Shown: positions 9,208 through 19,981, counted from the stretch's first letter. The stretch: 64,000 nt of DNA from Candidatus Multivoradales bacterium (GCA_965223155.1 CBDCVR010000015.1:832001-896000), one strand, 5' to 3'. Numbers and translations are program-made. The notes: generated from the letters alone by a model not told the origin.

Positions 9208-11201
9208 CCCTGAGCCTGACGGCGGCGGCGGTTGATGACGGCAAGCACCGCGAACCCGGCAAGCCCCAAGTAGTTCCACCAGGCGATTCCCGCGCTCGAA
9301 TCCATCGCTTGCCGGGCCAGGCCCGGAGCCAGGATCAAGAGCGCGGCCGCCAATGAGACCGCTCGCGTGGCCGGGGTGAGCCGCGTCCAGAGCTGGCCGG
9401 TGATCGCCGCTGCCAGAGGCACGACACCGGCAAGGGCGATGGCCAGCGCCACAGCCACGGCCGGCCACGGCGCCCGGCTGCCATCGGGCTCGAGCATCAA
9501 GAGTGCCGGCCGGAAGACAAACAGGAACGGCAAGCCGAAACCCACGAGAGCAAAGCGAAACGCGGCCCAGCTCGACTTGAGGAAGGACGCGTTCGCGATG
9601 GAGCTCGCCGCGTAGGCGGCAAGGGCGACGGGTGGCGTCACCATCGACATCATTCCGAAGTAGAAGATGAAGAGGTGAGCGGCGAGCGGCACCACGCCCA
9701 GCTTCGCCAGAACCGGCCCGATCAGGGTCGCCATCAAGAGATAACAGACGGCCGACGGCAAGCCCATTCCGAGGACAATCGACGAGACCATGATGGCCAG
9801 AAGAGCCAAGATCAGGTGGTCCTGGGCGAGCGGCAGAATCAGGGCCGGCAGCCGGGTGCCGATACCGGTAAGGGTGACGATCCCAATCACGATGCCGACG
9901 CAGGCCGCGGCCGCCACCAGCGCGGTGCTGGCCTCGGCGGCCCGCTCGAGGGCGGCGAGCAAGCGGCCGACGCCGAGCCGGGTTCTGCGGTTCCAGGCGC
10001 TCAGGAACACCACCACCAGGAGCGCCAGGGTGACAGCGCGAAACACCGAGAATCCGGCGAGAAGAAAGACGATGAGCCCGCCCAGCCCGCCCAGGAACAC
10101 GAGCCCTTCGAACCGGGCCCAGGAAAACGGCTCGGCCTCGCCGCTGCCGGGCGCTGCGGCACCGGTCGGAGCCGGCTCGGCCGTGGCCGCAGCCCCGACG
10201 CCGTCCGCCCCGATCCCGGCGGGCGTGGCCCCGGCTTCTCGGCCTTGGAACTTCCGCGCCGACAGATGCACGATGACGAAGAGCGACGCGTAGTAGACGA
10301 GCGCGGGCAAGAAGGCGGCTCGGATGATCTCCAGATACGTCACCGCGGGGGTGACGATTTCGAGCATCATGTACGCGCCCGCACCCATCACCGGCGGCAC
10401 CAGGGCGCCGCCCGAGCTGGCGGCGGCCTCGACGCCCGCGGCCTCATGCCGTGGAAAGCCCGAGCTCCGCATCATCGGGATCGTGAACGTACCCGTGGTC
10501 GCGGTATTGGCCACCGCGCTTCCCGAAAGCGAGCCCATGAGTCCGCTGGAGAACACCGCCACCTTGGCCGCGCCGCCGGTCGAGCGGGCAAACACCCTGC
10601 GGGCGAGGTTGACGATGAAGCCGGTGGCCCCCGTGGCTTCGAGAATCGCGCCAAAGACGACAAACAGGAAGACGTAGGTGAACATCACCCGCAGGGCGAT
10701 GCCGAACACTCCCTGGCTGTGTAGAAAGGCCTGGCCGACAATGCGCTCGAGCGAGTAGCCCCGGTGAGGCATGAGCCAGTCCGGAAGCATCGGGCCGAGC
10801 TTGGCGTAGAGCAGGAACGCCCCGGCCAGAGCCGGAAGAACCCACCCCACGACCCGCTGGGTCGCCAGCAAGACCAGTACGATGCCGACGGTACCGATAG
10901 CGATGTCCCAGCCGGTCTCCACGCCCGCGCGCTCACCCAGCGCGGTGCTATCGAGCCACAGGCCGCGGAACCAAGGCTCGGTCTGAACCACCACGAAACC
11001 ACAGACCGCGAGCGCGAGACCCGCCGCCGCGAGATCCACCACGCGCCCCTTGGCCAGGAAGCACAGGGCCAGTCCCAGCCCGGCGAAGATCGCCAATTGG
11101 GACTGCGGCTGAAGCTGCGGATAGTTGATCTCGGCGAGCGCGAAGATCGGCAGGGCCACCGCGATGCCGCGCGCTAGAACGCGCGCGCCGGCGTTAGCCA
11201 T
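9204..11201 (-). CDS. TRAP transporter fused 4TM/12TM permease (TAXI type)
   Basis: GSLSGSAVANTATTG, EAAASSGG..PPVMGA, LGMGLP, TPPVALAAYAA motifs. Confidence 0.92.
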   Translation of the reverse strand: MANAGARVLARGIAVALPIFALAEINYPQLQPQSQLAIFAGLGLALCFLAKGRVVDLAAAGLALAVCGFVVVQTEPWFRGLWLDSTALGERAGVETGWDIAIGTVGIVLVLLATQRVVGWVLPALAGAFLLYAKLGPMLPDWLMPHRGYSLERIVGQAFLHSQGVFGIALRVMFTYVFLFVVFGAILEATGATGFIVNLARRVFARSTGGAAKVAVFSSGLMGSLSGSAVANTATTGTFTIPMMRSSGFPRHEAAGVEAAASSGGALVPPVMGAGAYMMLEIVTPAVTYLEIIRAAFLPALVYYASLFVIVHLSARKFQGREAGATPAGIGADGVGAAATAEPAPTGAAAPGSGEAEPFSWARFEGLVFLGGLGGLIVFLLAGFSVFRAVTLALLVVVFLSAWNRRTRLGVGRLLAALERAAEASTALVAAAACVGIVIGIVTLTGIGTRLPALILPLAQDHLILALLAIMVSSIVLGMGLPSAVCYLLMATLIGPVLAKLGVVPLAAHLFIFYFGMMSMVTPPVALAAYAASSIANASFLKSSWAAFRFALVGFGLPFLFVFRPALLMLEPDGSRAPWPAVAVALAIALAGVVPLAAAITGQLWTRLTPATRAVSLAAALLILAPGLARQAMDSSAGIAWWNYLGLAGFAVLAVINRRRRQAQG

Positions 11202-11204
11202 CGA

Positions 11205-12266
11205 TCAGGAGCCGGGACCGGCTTCGGTGGCGGCTTCGGGCGAAGCCTCCGCGCGGTCCGCCGGCCAGATGTCGAGCTCGCGAAAGAAGCGGATGGCGCC
11301 CGGGTGAAACGGCGTTCCGGTGTCCCGGACGGCCACGTTCGGGTTGATGGCGCGTCCCGCCGGGTGTTTCTCGACGACCTCGGCGCGATGCTCCCAGATG
11401 GTCTTGGTCACGTCGTAGACCACCTCCTCGTCGGCGGCCGCCGACGTCACGAGGTGCATCGAGCCCACGTTCAGCCCGGCGAAGTCCTCGTCCAGGCCCC
11501 GGTAGGTTCCCGCCGGAATCGTCGCGCGGTCGAAGAACGGATACTCGCGCAGCAGCGCCTCGATCGCTTCGGGGTCGAACGGCACGTAGATGAGGTCCTG
11601 GGTGGTCGCCGCCTGGGTAATCGAGGCCGTCGGGACCGCGCCTCCCAGAAACGCCGCCGCCGCCGAGCCATCGGCCAGCAGATCCACCGCGCCGGTCTGC
11701 GTGGCGTGGAGAGCGGTCAGGTCCTCGTAACTCAAGCCGTGGGCCTGGAGGATCGGGCCTAGGAAGTGATCGAAGCCCGCACCCGCCGGCCCCAAGACCA
11801 CCCGCCTACCGGCAAGATCGGCGATCCCGGCCACGGGTCCATCCTCGGGAGCGATGAACAGGGCGACGTTGGGTGCCAGGGTCATCACGGTCCGGATGGG
11901 CAGCTCACTCTGCCAGGCCCCCTGCCCGCGCACCGCGAAATAGGAAATCGCCGAGTTCGCCATGGCGAAGTCGAGCTCACCCCGAGCCAACCGCCGTAGG
12001 TTCTCCTGCGTCCCCTTGGTGGCCTCGGCGGTAACTTGCCAACCGCGATCGCCCGGATGGGCGTCGAGGACCTCGGCCAAGGCCCCGCCGACGACAAAGA
12101 ACGCCCCGCCCGGCGGAGCAGTCCCCACGCTCAAGAATCGGGGTGCCGCAGCCGAGCTTTCGGAAGTGGGACCGGACTCGCCGGCACCTCCGCACGCCAT
12201 CCCAAGAAGGCCGGCGGCCGCCGCCAGCGCGGGAGCGATCTTGAACGTTCTTCCGGTTCTCGACAT
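11205..12266 (-). CDS. TAXI family TRAP solute-binding lipoprotein
   Basis: GTAPPGGAFF, ATKGTQENL, PFHPGAIRFF; lipobox-like GMAC; adjacent to the permease. Confidence 0.9.
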   Translation of the reverse strand: MSRTGRTFKIAPALAAAAGLLGMACGGAGESGPTSESSAAAPRFLSVGTAPPGGAFFVVGGALAEVLDAHPGDRGWQVTAEATKGTQENLRRLARGELDFAMANSAISYFAVRGQGAWQSELPIRTVMTLAPNVALFIAPEDGPVAGIADLAGRRVVLGPAGAGFDHFLGPILQAHGLSYEDLTALHATQTGAVDLLADGSAAAAFLGGAVPTASITQAATTQDLIYVPFDPEAIEALLREYPFFDRATIPAGTYRGLDEDFAGLNVGSMHLVTSAAADEEVVYDVTKTIWEHRAEVVEKHPAGRAINPNVAVRDTGTPFHPGAIRFFRELDIWPADRAEASPEAATEAGPGS

Positions 12267-12388
12267 CGGGAAAGTCTAGCAGCCCGAAGGAGGGGTCCAG
12301 AGGGGCAGGCCAAGACCGAAACCGGAAGGCCCAGCTCGCTCGGCGCGACAGCGATCCGCGGCCAAGCCGAGCCGGCCGCCGGCCGAGA

Positions 12389-14200
12389 TCAGCGCACCGG
12401 CAGCCGGTAGAGAGCCGCTTCCTGGTCGGTTCGAAGAAGCAGGTGACGCCCTGCCAGAGCCGGCGGATTCCAGGACTTGCCCGAAAAGGCTCGGAACCGC
12501 CCTAGCTCGCGGTACTCCTCGGGATCGGGATCGAGCAGCAGCACCTCGCCGCGCTCGGTCGTCACGAGCAGGAGCTCCCCGACCAGAATCATCTGGCCGT
12601 GTCCGAACCGCCCCTTCTTCCAGCAGCGTTCGCCGTCGCGCGGATCGAGACAGACCAGAACACCGTCGTCGAGGCCATAGACGTAGCCCTCGTGGACCAC
12701 CACGTTGGTGAACTTTGCCTTGAGCCTGGAGCTCGCCCAGAGCTCCTCGAGCTCGAATCCTCCAGCGCCCGACTCCACCCGGAAGAGCTTCGAGCCGATG
12801 CCGTACCCGGTCGATACCAGCATCCGGTCGCCGCCCAGGAAGACCGGCACCGCCACGTTCGGAAACTCGCCGGTCCAGGACTCGGACCAAAGGACCTCGC
12901 CGGTCGCGACCTCGTGGCCGGTGATCGAGGTCTGATTCCGGATCACGACCTGCCGGCGGCCGCCGAGGGTGGCGAGAACCGGCGATGAATAGCTCGAGGT
13001 GTCGTCGCCCGCGGCCCAAACCGGTCCGCCAGTCTCGGCGTCGTAGGCCACCAGCGAGCGGCCGTCCCGGCCACCGGCGCTGACCACCACCAATCCATCC
13101 ACGACGAGCGGAGAACCGCTCTTGCCCCACTCCCGGTTGCCGGCTCCGTTCTCGGCCAGAACGTCCCGCGACCAGAGCTTCCGGCCGGTCTCGAGATCAA
13201 GCGCGTTGAGCAGACCCGTGGCTCCCAGGGTGTAGACCCGCCCACCAGCGAGGGTCGGCGTGGCCCGCGGTCCGATACCGCCGATGGTCGTCTCGTAGCG
13301 CGTCGTATCGGAATGGCGCCAGAGCACTTCGCCGGTGGCGAGCGCGTAGGCCGTGACCTGCTCTTCGACGCCCTGCTGCTCTTGCGTTACCGCGCGGTCG
13401 CCGGCAATGGCGAAGGCCGACCAGGCCGCGCCCACGGGTCGCCGCCAGATTTCCTCCGGCGGATGGCTCGCCCAATCGGGATCGAGCGCCGGACCCGGCA
13501 GCCGCGCGTCCCGGGTCGGTCCCAGAAACTGCGGGTAGTCGGGCGCGGCAGGCGTCAGGGGCACCGGCGCGTTGACCGCGGTCGCGGCGACCACGAGCTC
13601 GTCGCCTGCCGGAGCGATTGCCTCGGACCCTTGTGAGGCCTCGGACGCCGCACCCGAAGCCGGGTCAGGCCCAGACTCGACCTCGGTCCCGGACAGCTCG
13701 ACCTCGACCGACGCGCCGGCGGCGGCGTCGTCATCAGGACCAGGGCTCAACGGCCCCACTTCGGCCGTTCCTGCCTCTGCCGCAGCTTCCATGGAGACTC
13801 CGACATCGGGCGCGGACTCGCCTGGCGACTCTTCCGGCTCCGGGGGCTCCTCCTCCCCACCGGCCTTCCAGCCCAGAATCGGCACCAAGTCTCCGGTGAC
13901 TCCCTGGATCTCGACGAAGTTCGCGGCCAACCCTCCGGCCGCCACGGCGAGTGCCAGCGCTCCCAGCCGCCAGCGCCATGGCGCCTTCGAGGCCAGCAAG
14001 AACCAGAGCAGCAGCAGAGCTGCCGCGGCCACCGTCGCCAGCAGGCCGTGGAGAACGCTGTGCTGGCGGCTATGGTCCGCGATCCACCAGGTCCAGACAA
14101 GGACGACTGCCCAGAGAACCAGGATCAATCCGGCCGGCCAGAGCCTGAGTCTCCGAGAATCCCGGCCGTTCTGAGTCCCGCGGTGGCTTCGGCTCTCCAT
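12389..14200 (-). CDS. Membrane-anchored PQQ-like beta-propeller repeat protein
   Basis: N-terminal TMs, acidic linker, YPQFLGPTRD and repeated D/ATG..LW blades; start taken at ATG 14200. Confidence 0.82.
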   Translation of the reverse strand: MESRSHRGTQNGRDSRRLRLWPAGLILVLWAVVLVWTWWIADHSRQHSVLHGLLATVAAAALLLLWFLLASKAPWRWRLGALALAVAAGGLAANFVEIQGVTGDLVPILGWKAGGEEEPPEPEESPGESAPDVGVSMEAAAEAGTAEVGPLSPGPDDDAAAGASVEVELSGTEVESGPDPASGAASEASQGSEAIAPAGDELVVAATAVNAPVPLTPAAPDYPQFLGPTRDARLPGPALDPDWASHPPEEIWRRPVGAAWSAFAIAGDRAVTQEQQGVEEQVTAYALATGEVLWRHSDTTRYETTIGGIGPRATPTLAGGRVYTLGATGLLNALDLETGRKLWSRDVLAENGAGNREWGKSGSPLVVDGLVVVSAGGRDGRSLVAYDAETGGPVWAAGDDTSSYSSPVLATLGGRRQVVIRNQTSITGHEVATGEVLWSESWTGEFPNVAVPVFLGGDRMLVSTGYGIGSKLFRVESGAGGFELEELWASSRLKAKFTNVVVHEGYVYGLDDGVLVCLDPRDGERCWKKGRFGHGQMILVGELLLVTTERGEVLLLDPDPEEYRELGRFRAFSGKSWNPPALAGRHLLLRTDQEAALYRLPVR

Positions 14201-14226
14201 GGCAACAATGTTAGCCTGCCGGTCCG

Positions 14227-16113
14227 TTGACTCCACCCGACGCCAAGAAGAAGGTCACCCTGGCCGCGGTCCGCCGGGAGGCCAAGCGCGTCATCTGGCA
14301 GTTCCGGGGGCGTCTGGCCATCGGTCTGGTGCTGCTCCTCATCGGACGGCTGGCGGGCATGATCCTGCCGGCGTCTTCGAAGTTCCTGATCGATGAGGTG
14401 ATCGGCAAGGGCCGGCACGATCTTCTCGTCTGGATCGCCGTCGCCGCCGGTGCCGGAGCTCTCATCCAGGCGATCTCGTCGTTCTCGCTGGCAGTGCTTC
14501 TGGGCGCCGCGGCCCAGCGCGCCATCAACGGCCTGCGCCTCCGGGTCCAGAGCCATATCGGCCGGCTGCCGATCTCGTTCTTCGAGGAGCACAAGAGCGG
14601 TGAGCTCATCTCGCGCATCATGTCCGACCCAGAGGGCGTCCGGAATCTCGTGGGCACGGGATTCGTGCAGCTGATCGGCGGGGCGCTGTCGGCGACGGTG
14701 GCGTTCTCCGTCCTGCTGTGGCTGAACTGGCGGCTGACGCTCATCACGCTCCTCTTCCTGGCGGTCTTCGGAGTCGTCATGGTCGTGGGTTTCAGCCGCA
14801 TTCGCCCGATTTTCCGGGAACGCGGCAAGCTCAACGCCGAGATCACCGGTCGGCTCGCCGAGTCGCTCAACGGCGCCCGCATCGTCAAGGCCTACACCGC
14901 CGAGGATCGCGAGGACGCGCTCTTTGCCAAAAACACCGAGCGCTTCGTCGATCTGGTGGTCAAGTCAGTGGTCGGTGTTTCGACCGTTTCGACCCTGGGC
15001 ACCTTGATCTTCGGCCTGGTGGCACTCACGGTCGGTCTTCTCGGCACCCGGCAAGTCCTCGCCGGAACCATGTCGGTTGGCGACCTCTTCATGTTCGTCG
15101 TTTTCACCGGTCTGATGGTGACGCCGCTCATCCAGATGAGCGCCATCGGCACGCAACTGACCGAAGCTTTCGCCGGCCTCGACCGCATCTACGAGATCCT
15201 GGAGCGTGAGACCGAGCTCGACGACGACCCCACCCGCCGGGCGCTTGCATCCTTGGATGGGCATGTTCGGTTCCAGAACGTCTGGTTCGAGTACCAGCGA
15301 GACGTCCCGGTCTTGCGCGACGTTTCCTTCGAAGCCCCAGCGGGCACGACGACCGCGATCGTGGGATCGAGCGGCGCCGGCAAGAGCACGCTCATCGGCC
15401 TCATCCTGACCTTCAGAACGCCCACCCAAGGATCCATTCACGTGGACGGGCAGGATCTCGCGACCGTCAAGCTCCGCGACTATCGCCGTCACCTCGCGGT
15501 CGTCCTGCAGGACGATTTCCTATTCGACGGCACCATCGCCGAGAACATCGCCTATAGCCGGCCCGAAGCGAGCCGCGACGAGATCGTCGAGGCCGCGCGC
15601 CTGGCCAACTGCGATCAGTTCGTGCGCGAGTTTCCGGACGGCTACGACACGGTGGTCGGGGAGCGCGGGGTCAAGCTCTCGGGCGGCCAGAAGCAAAGGG
15701 TCTCGATCGCGCGGGCAATGCTCGCGGACCCGCGAATCCTGGTGCTCGATGAAGCCACCTCATCGCTCGACAGCGAGAGCGAGCAGTTGATCCAGGAGGG
15801 TCTCCAGAAGCTGCGCTCGGGGCGAACCACCTTCGTCATCGCGCACAGGCTCTCCACCATTCGGAACGCCGACAACATTCTCGTTCTCGAAGAGGGCAGG
15901 ATCGTCGAAAGCGGCGTCCACGCCGAGTTGCTCGAGCGTGACGGCCGCTATCGCGAGCTCCACGACAAGCAATACCGACTCGAGGCCGACCTCTTCCTGA
16001 ACCCCGGCGAGAGCCCTCGGGACGAAGCCGACGATCGAGAGGACGCCGGCGGCGTCCGGCCCGCCGCCATCGGTCCCCGGATGCCGGGAGGCTTTGGCGG
16101 GCGGGGCGGCTGA
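14227..16113 (+). CDS. ABC exporter, fused TMD-NBD (MsbA-like)
   Basis: 6-TM domain plus GSSGAGKS, LSGGQKQR, DEATSSLD, IAHRLST; TTG start uncertain. Confidence 0.92.
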   Translation: MTPPDAKKKVTLAAVRREAKRVIWQFRGRLAIGLVLLLIGRLAGMILPASSKFLIDEVIGKGRHDLLVWIAVAAGAGALIQAISSFSLAVLLGAAAQRAINGLRLRVQSHIGRLPISFFEEHKSGELISRIMSDPEGVRNLVGTGFVQLIGGALSATVAFSVLLWLNWRLTLITLLFLAVFGVVMVVGFSRIRPIFRERGKLNAEITGRLAESLNGARIVKAYTAEDREDALFAKNTERFVDLVVKSVVGVSTVSTLGTLIFGLVALTVGLLGTRQVLAGTMSVGDLFMFVVFTGLMVTPLIQMSAIGTQLTEAFAGLDRIYEILERETELDDDPTRRALASLDGHVRFQNVWFEYQRDVPVLRDVSFEAPAGTTTAIVGSSGAGKSTLIGLILTFRTPTQGSIHVDGQDLATVKLRDYRRHLAVVLQDDFLFDGTIAENIAYSRPEASRDEIVEAARLANCDQFVREFPDGYDTVVGERGVKLSGGQKQRVSIARAMLADPRILVLDEATSSLDSESEQLIQEGLQKLRSGRTTFVIAHRLSTIRNADNILVLEEGRIVESGVHAELLERDGRYRELHDKQYRLEADLFLNPGESPRDEADDREDAGGVRPAAIGPRMPGGFGGRGG

Positions 16114-16118
16114 CGGTC

Positions 16119-17072
16119 TTGAACTACTTCCTCGTCGCTCTCGGCATCACGCTTCTGTACTTGGGCGGCGAGGCTCTGGTGCGCGGCTCGGTTAGCCTGG
16201 CCCGAGCCATGGGGCTGAGCCCGCTCGTCATCGGCCTGACCGTAGTCTCCTTCGGGACTTCGAGCCCGGAGCTGGCTTCGACCCTGGCGGCGACCCTCGA
16301 GGAAGCGCCGGCGGTCGCGTTCGGCAACGTCGTGGGCTCGAACATCGCGAACATCGGGCTCATCCTGGGACTGACCGCACTGGTGTGGCCACTCAGGACC
16401 CAGGCCCGGTTCCTGCGCCGGGAGGTTCCGTTCATGCTGGCGGCGTCGGGGCTGCTCTTCCCGCTGGCCGCCGACGGTCGGATTGGTCGCCTGGAGGGCA
16501 TGGCACTCTTCGGTCTCTTGATCTGGTTTCTGGTGCATCTGCTCCGGGCCAAGAAGGATCCGGATCCGGAGGTCCGAGAGGAGTTCGAAACCGAGTTCGG
16601 CACCTCCGCTCGCCAGCGCCGGCGCGTCCCGAAAGCCATCGGCCTGGTGGTTTTAGGCCTGGTACTGCTGGTCGTCGGCGCCGAGTCCCTATTGCGGGGC
16701 GGGCTAGCCATCGCTCGCGAGGTCGGTATCAGCGAGCGCGTCTTGGGCCTGACGCTGGTTGCCCTCGGTACCAGCCTTCCAGAGCTGGCGGCGTCGATCG
16801 TGGCGGCTCTGAAGCGCGAGGGTGACATCGTCCTCGGCAACATCGTCGGCTCGAACGTCTTTAACGTCCTATGCATCCTCGGACTCACGTCGATCGTCCG
16901 CCCGGTGCATCTGGATTGGGGATCGAGCTGGCCCGACCTCGTCGTGATGCTGGGGCTCTCAGCGATCGTCTGGCCGTTTCTGGCCACCAGGCTCAAACTC
17001 GAGCGCTGGGAAGGGGTCCTGCTCTTGGGCGGATACGTCCTCTACACCGCGTTTCTCTTCACCGCGTCGTAG
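16119..17072 (+). CDS. Calcium/sodium antiporter (YrbG family)
   Basis: Two alpha repeats GTSSPEL/GTSLPEL with GN(V/I)VGSN. Confidence 0.92.
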   Translation: MNYFLVALGITLLYLGGEALVRGSVSLARAMGLSPLVIGLTVVSFGTSSPELASTLAATLEEAPAVAFGNVVGSNIANIGLILGLTALVWPLRTQARFLRREVPFMLAASGLLFPLAADGRIGRLEGMALFGLLIWFLVHLLRAKKDPDPEVREEFETEFGTSARQRRRVPKAIGLVVLGLVLLVVGAESLLRGGLAIAREVGISERVLGLTLVALGTSLPELAASIVAALKREGDIVLGNIVGSNVFNVLCILGLTSIVRPVHLDWGSSWPDLVVMLGLSAIVWPFLATRLKLERWEGVLLLGGYVLYTAFLFTAS

Positions 17073-17253
17073 GCTGCGGACCGGTCTGAAGCGAGTGGGA
17101 ACGAGCCGAGCTGGAATAAACCGAGTCGAGCGACCAATCAAGCCCCAACGGACCCTCTTCCCTACTGGGTCTAGCATCTCGGCAGCAACCCAGTCCGGAT
17201 TCTTGCTCGCTCGATCCAGCGGCGGAGGAAACGCCAGTCGACCGAACAGAGGC

Positions 17254-19890
17254 CTACCCGGCCACCGGAGCGGCCGGTTCGGCATCGGCGGCCGGAGATG
17301 GGGCGGCACCAGGGCCGGGGTCCAGGGGAACGCTTACGACAAACGCAGCGCCCCCGAGTTCGGAGCGTCCCTCGACGGTGACTTCGCCGCCATGGGCCTT
17401 GACCAGATTGCGAACCGTGGCCAACCCCAAACCGGTACCCTTCTTCTTGCCCGTCGAAAACGGATCAAAAAGTGACCCGAGCCGTTCTTCCTCGATGCCC
17501 GCGCCGTTGTCGGCGACTCGAACCCGCAAGAAGGTCTCATCGCTACCCAACTCGACGACGATCAGACGCTCCTGCTTGCCGGACACGGCATCCTGAGCGT
17601 TCGAGACGAGGTTCTCGAGAACCCGAGTGAAACGGTCGGGGTCGAGCTCGACCTCCACAGCGGACTCCAGACGATCCTCGACGACCAACTCCACGCCGTG
17701 ACGCGCCACATTCGTCCGCAACGGCGCCAGGACACCGACGAGATAGGTCGAAGCCGGCAGCACGGCCTTCTTGAGCTCGGTGCCTGCTCCGCGGGCGAAC
17801 TCCAGGATCTCGGTCGCCATCGTCTCCAACCTGGTGGCAGCGGCTCGAACCTGATCGATGTCTTCGACCAAGTCTTCCTTCGGCCCACCGCCCACGGCGA
17901 CCGCACGCGCCAGGTCGGAATAGCCTTTGATGAGCATCAGGGCGTTGCGAAGATCATGCACCACCGTGCTCGTCAAGCTGCCGATGGCGGCGAGTCTCGT
18001 CTCACGCTCTCCCAACCGCCGCTCCGTCCGACGTGCCCGGATCTGCGCGCCGATGCGCGCTTCCAGCTCCTCCATCGAGAACGGCTTCGTGACGTAGTCA
18101 TCGGCCCCGGTGTCGAGACCTTCGACCGCGGCCTCGGAGCCGGCCTTCGCGGTTACCAGGATAATCGGCGTTCCCTTGAGCATGGGCTCGGTGCGAAGCC
18201 TCCGGCACAGCTCGTATCCGTTCATCTTGGGCATCATGATGTCGGAGAGGACAAGATCGGGCCGAATCGCCAAGGCCTTCTTGAGACCTTCGACCCCGTC
18301 GATAGCGGTCTCGACCTTGTAGTGCCGCGACAGTTGTCCGACCAGGTACGAGCGTAGATCCGAGTTGTCCTCGACGACCAGCACCGTGGCATCCCGGTCG
18401 AGTCGTTCGGGAGGACCTGTCCCATCGCCTCCCATCCCAGCCGCGTCGCCGCCGCGCACGTCGGCCAGCAACGTGTCCCGCTGAGAGCGACGACCAAACT
18501 CTCGATTGGCAAGAACCTCTGCCCGCGCTCGGAGGACCTTGTCTTCTCGTCTTCGCGGAGCCTGCCGGCGCTCTTCCGGCGTCAGAGCCTCCCTCGGCAG
18601 GGTCACGCGAAATGTCGACCCTTGACCCGCGACGCTCTCGACCTCGACGTCTCCGCCCTGCAATCGCGCCAACTCGCGAGCCAGGGCCAGACCGAGCCCG
18701 GTGCCTTCCTCGCTTCGCGTGAGGCTGCTGTCGACTTGGTGAAACCGATCGAAGATGGCTTCTTCCTGTCCGGGGGGAATGCCCGGTCCCGAGTCCGAGA
18801 CCTCGAACACCATGGCGCTGTCGTCGGCCCGCGCCCTCACCACGATGCGTCCGCCGTCCGGGGTGAACTTCAAGGCGTTGGAAAGAAGATTGGCGGCGAT
18901 CATCTCGACCTTGGCGCTGTCGAAGGCAAAGACCGGCAGATCGTTCAGTCCTTCGGTGGTGAGCTCGATTCCCTTGCGTCCGGCGTGCGGCAGGCTGGCC
19001 TGAACCAACTCGGTGAGGAGGGCGGCAAGATCGCCCGGCCGAACGTCGAGCTGCATCTGACCCGCCTCGAGCTTGGCGGTGTCCAGCAGGAGATTGACGT
19101 GCCTCAGGAGACGGCGGCTGTTCGCCAGCGCGGCCCGCAGGAGAGTTCTCTTCTCCGGATTCCGCTCGTCCCGAAGCATGGTCTCGACCGGACTGACCAT
19201 CAGCGTCAGCGGCGTACGCAGCTCGTGGCTGACGTTCGCGAAGAAGCGGGTCTTTGCCTCATCGAGCTTCTTGAGCTCGTCGTTGGCCTGCTCTAACCGC
19301 AAACGAAGGGACAGATCGCGGCGACGGCTTCGATCTCCGGCTTCGACCGCGAGACAGGTAAAGACACAGGTGCTCACCACATAGAAGAACGCTGGAACGG
19401 CCGCGGCATTGAGACCTGCAAGGTATGCGTTGGCGAGTAAGTAGGTGACCGCAACAGCGAAGCAAAACAGCACCGCCGTCGGCAGCCTCCAGGGCATGAA
19501 CAGGCCGACAAAGAAGAGAACCAGTAAGATCCCGAAGTAATAGTGGCTCTCGAAACCACCGACCCTCGGAGTCATAATTGCGATGCCCGAGGCTGCCACG
19601 TAGAGCATCAGGACTGAAATTGGCCCCAGAAAGGGCTGAGCCTTCTCGGCATACGAGAGGCCGATCGTTATCGCTGCGAGCAAGACGACAACCAGGCGAA
19701 CAGCGATCAAGAAACCAAGTTCGGAACTCGAGCTGTAGTAGTCCAGGATGCTGAATCCTGCATACAGCACGATCCCCACGCCCAGGCCCCGACGGAGCCA
19801 TTGGACCAACAGCTCATGCACTTCTGCGGCCAGGACGGACTCAAAGCGCGCCACATCAGAGGTCGCCCTGTCGGGCTTTTCGCTGAACAC
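17254..19890 (-). CDS. Membrane hybrid histidine kinase TM-HisKA-HATPase-REC-HisKA-HATPase (PhcS+PhcR-like architecture)
   Basis: About 6 TM; H-box SHELRTPL with ATPase; REC (VEDN, SDIMMP, KP); second H-box VHDLRNAL with second ATPase (DNGAGI, GTGLGL). Confidence 0.9.
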   Translation of the reverse strand: MFSEKPDRATSDVARFESVLAAEVHELLVQWLRRGLGVGIVLYAGFSILDYYSSSSELGFLIAVRLVVVLLAAITIGLSYAEKAQPFLGPISVLMLYVAASGIAIMTPRVGGFESHYYFGILLVLFFVGLFMPWRLPTAVLFCFAVAVTYLLANAYLAGLNAAAVPAFFYVVSTCVFTCLAVEAGDRSRRRDLSLRLRLEQANDELKKLDEAKTRFFANVSHELRTPLTLMVSPVETMLRDERNPEKRTLLRAALANSRRLLRHVNLLLDTAKLEAGQMQLDVRPGDLAALLTELVQASLPHAGRKGIELTTEGLNDLPVFAFDSAKVEMIAANLLSNALKFTPDGGRIVVRARADDSAMVFEVSDSGPGIPPGQEEAIFDRFHQVDSSLTRSEEGTGLGLALARELARLQGGDVEVESVAGQGSTFRVTLPREALTPEERRQAPRRREDKVLRARAEVLANREFGRRSQRDTLLADVRGGDAAGMGGDGTGPPERLDRDATVLVVEDNSDLRSYLVGQLSRHYKVETAIDGVEGLKKALAIRPDLVLSDIMMPKMNGYELCRRLRTEPMLKGTPIILVTAKAGSEAAVEGLDTGADDYVTKPFSMEELEARIGAQIRARRTERRLGERETRLAAIGSLTSTVVHDLRNALMLIKGYSDLARAVAVGGGPKEDLVEDIDQVRAAATRLETMATEILEFARGAGTELKKAVLPASTYLVGVLAPLRTNVARHGVELVVEDRLESAVEVELDPDRFTRVLENLVSNAQDAVSGKQERLIVVELGSDETFLRVRVADNGAGIEEERLGSLFDPFSTGKKKGTGLGLATVRNLVKAHGGEVTVEGRSELGGAAFVVSVPLDPGPGAAPSPAADAEPAAPVAG

Positions 19891-19981
19891 CAGCCAAAGC
19901 CTACCTCAAGAAATATCAAGTGCCGAGCGTCTTTAGCGGTACACTAGATCAGCGATCCCGCAAAGCTTCTCTGGAGCTGGT

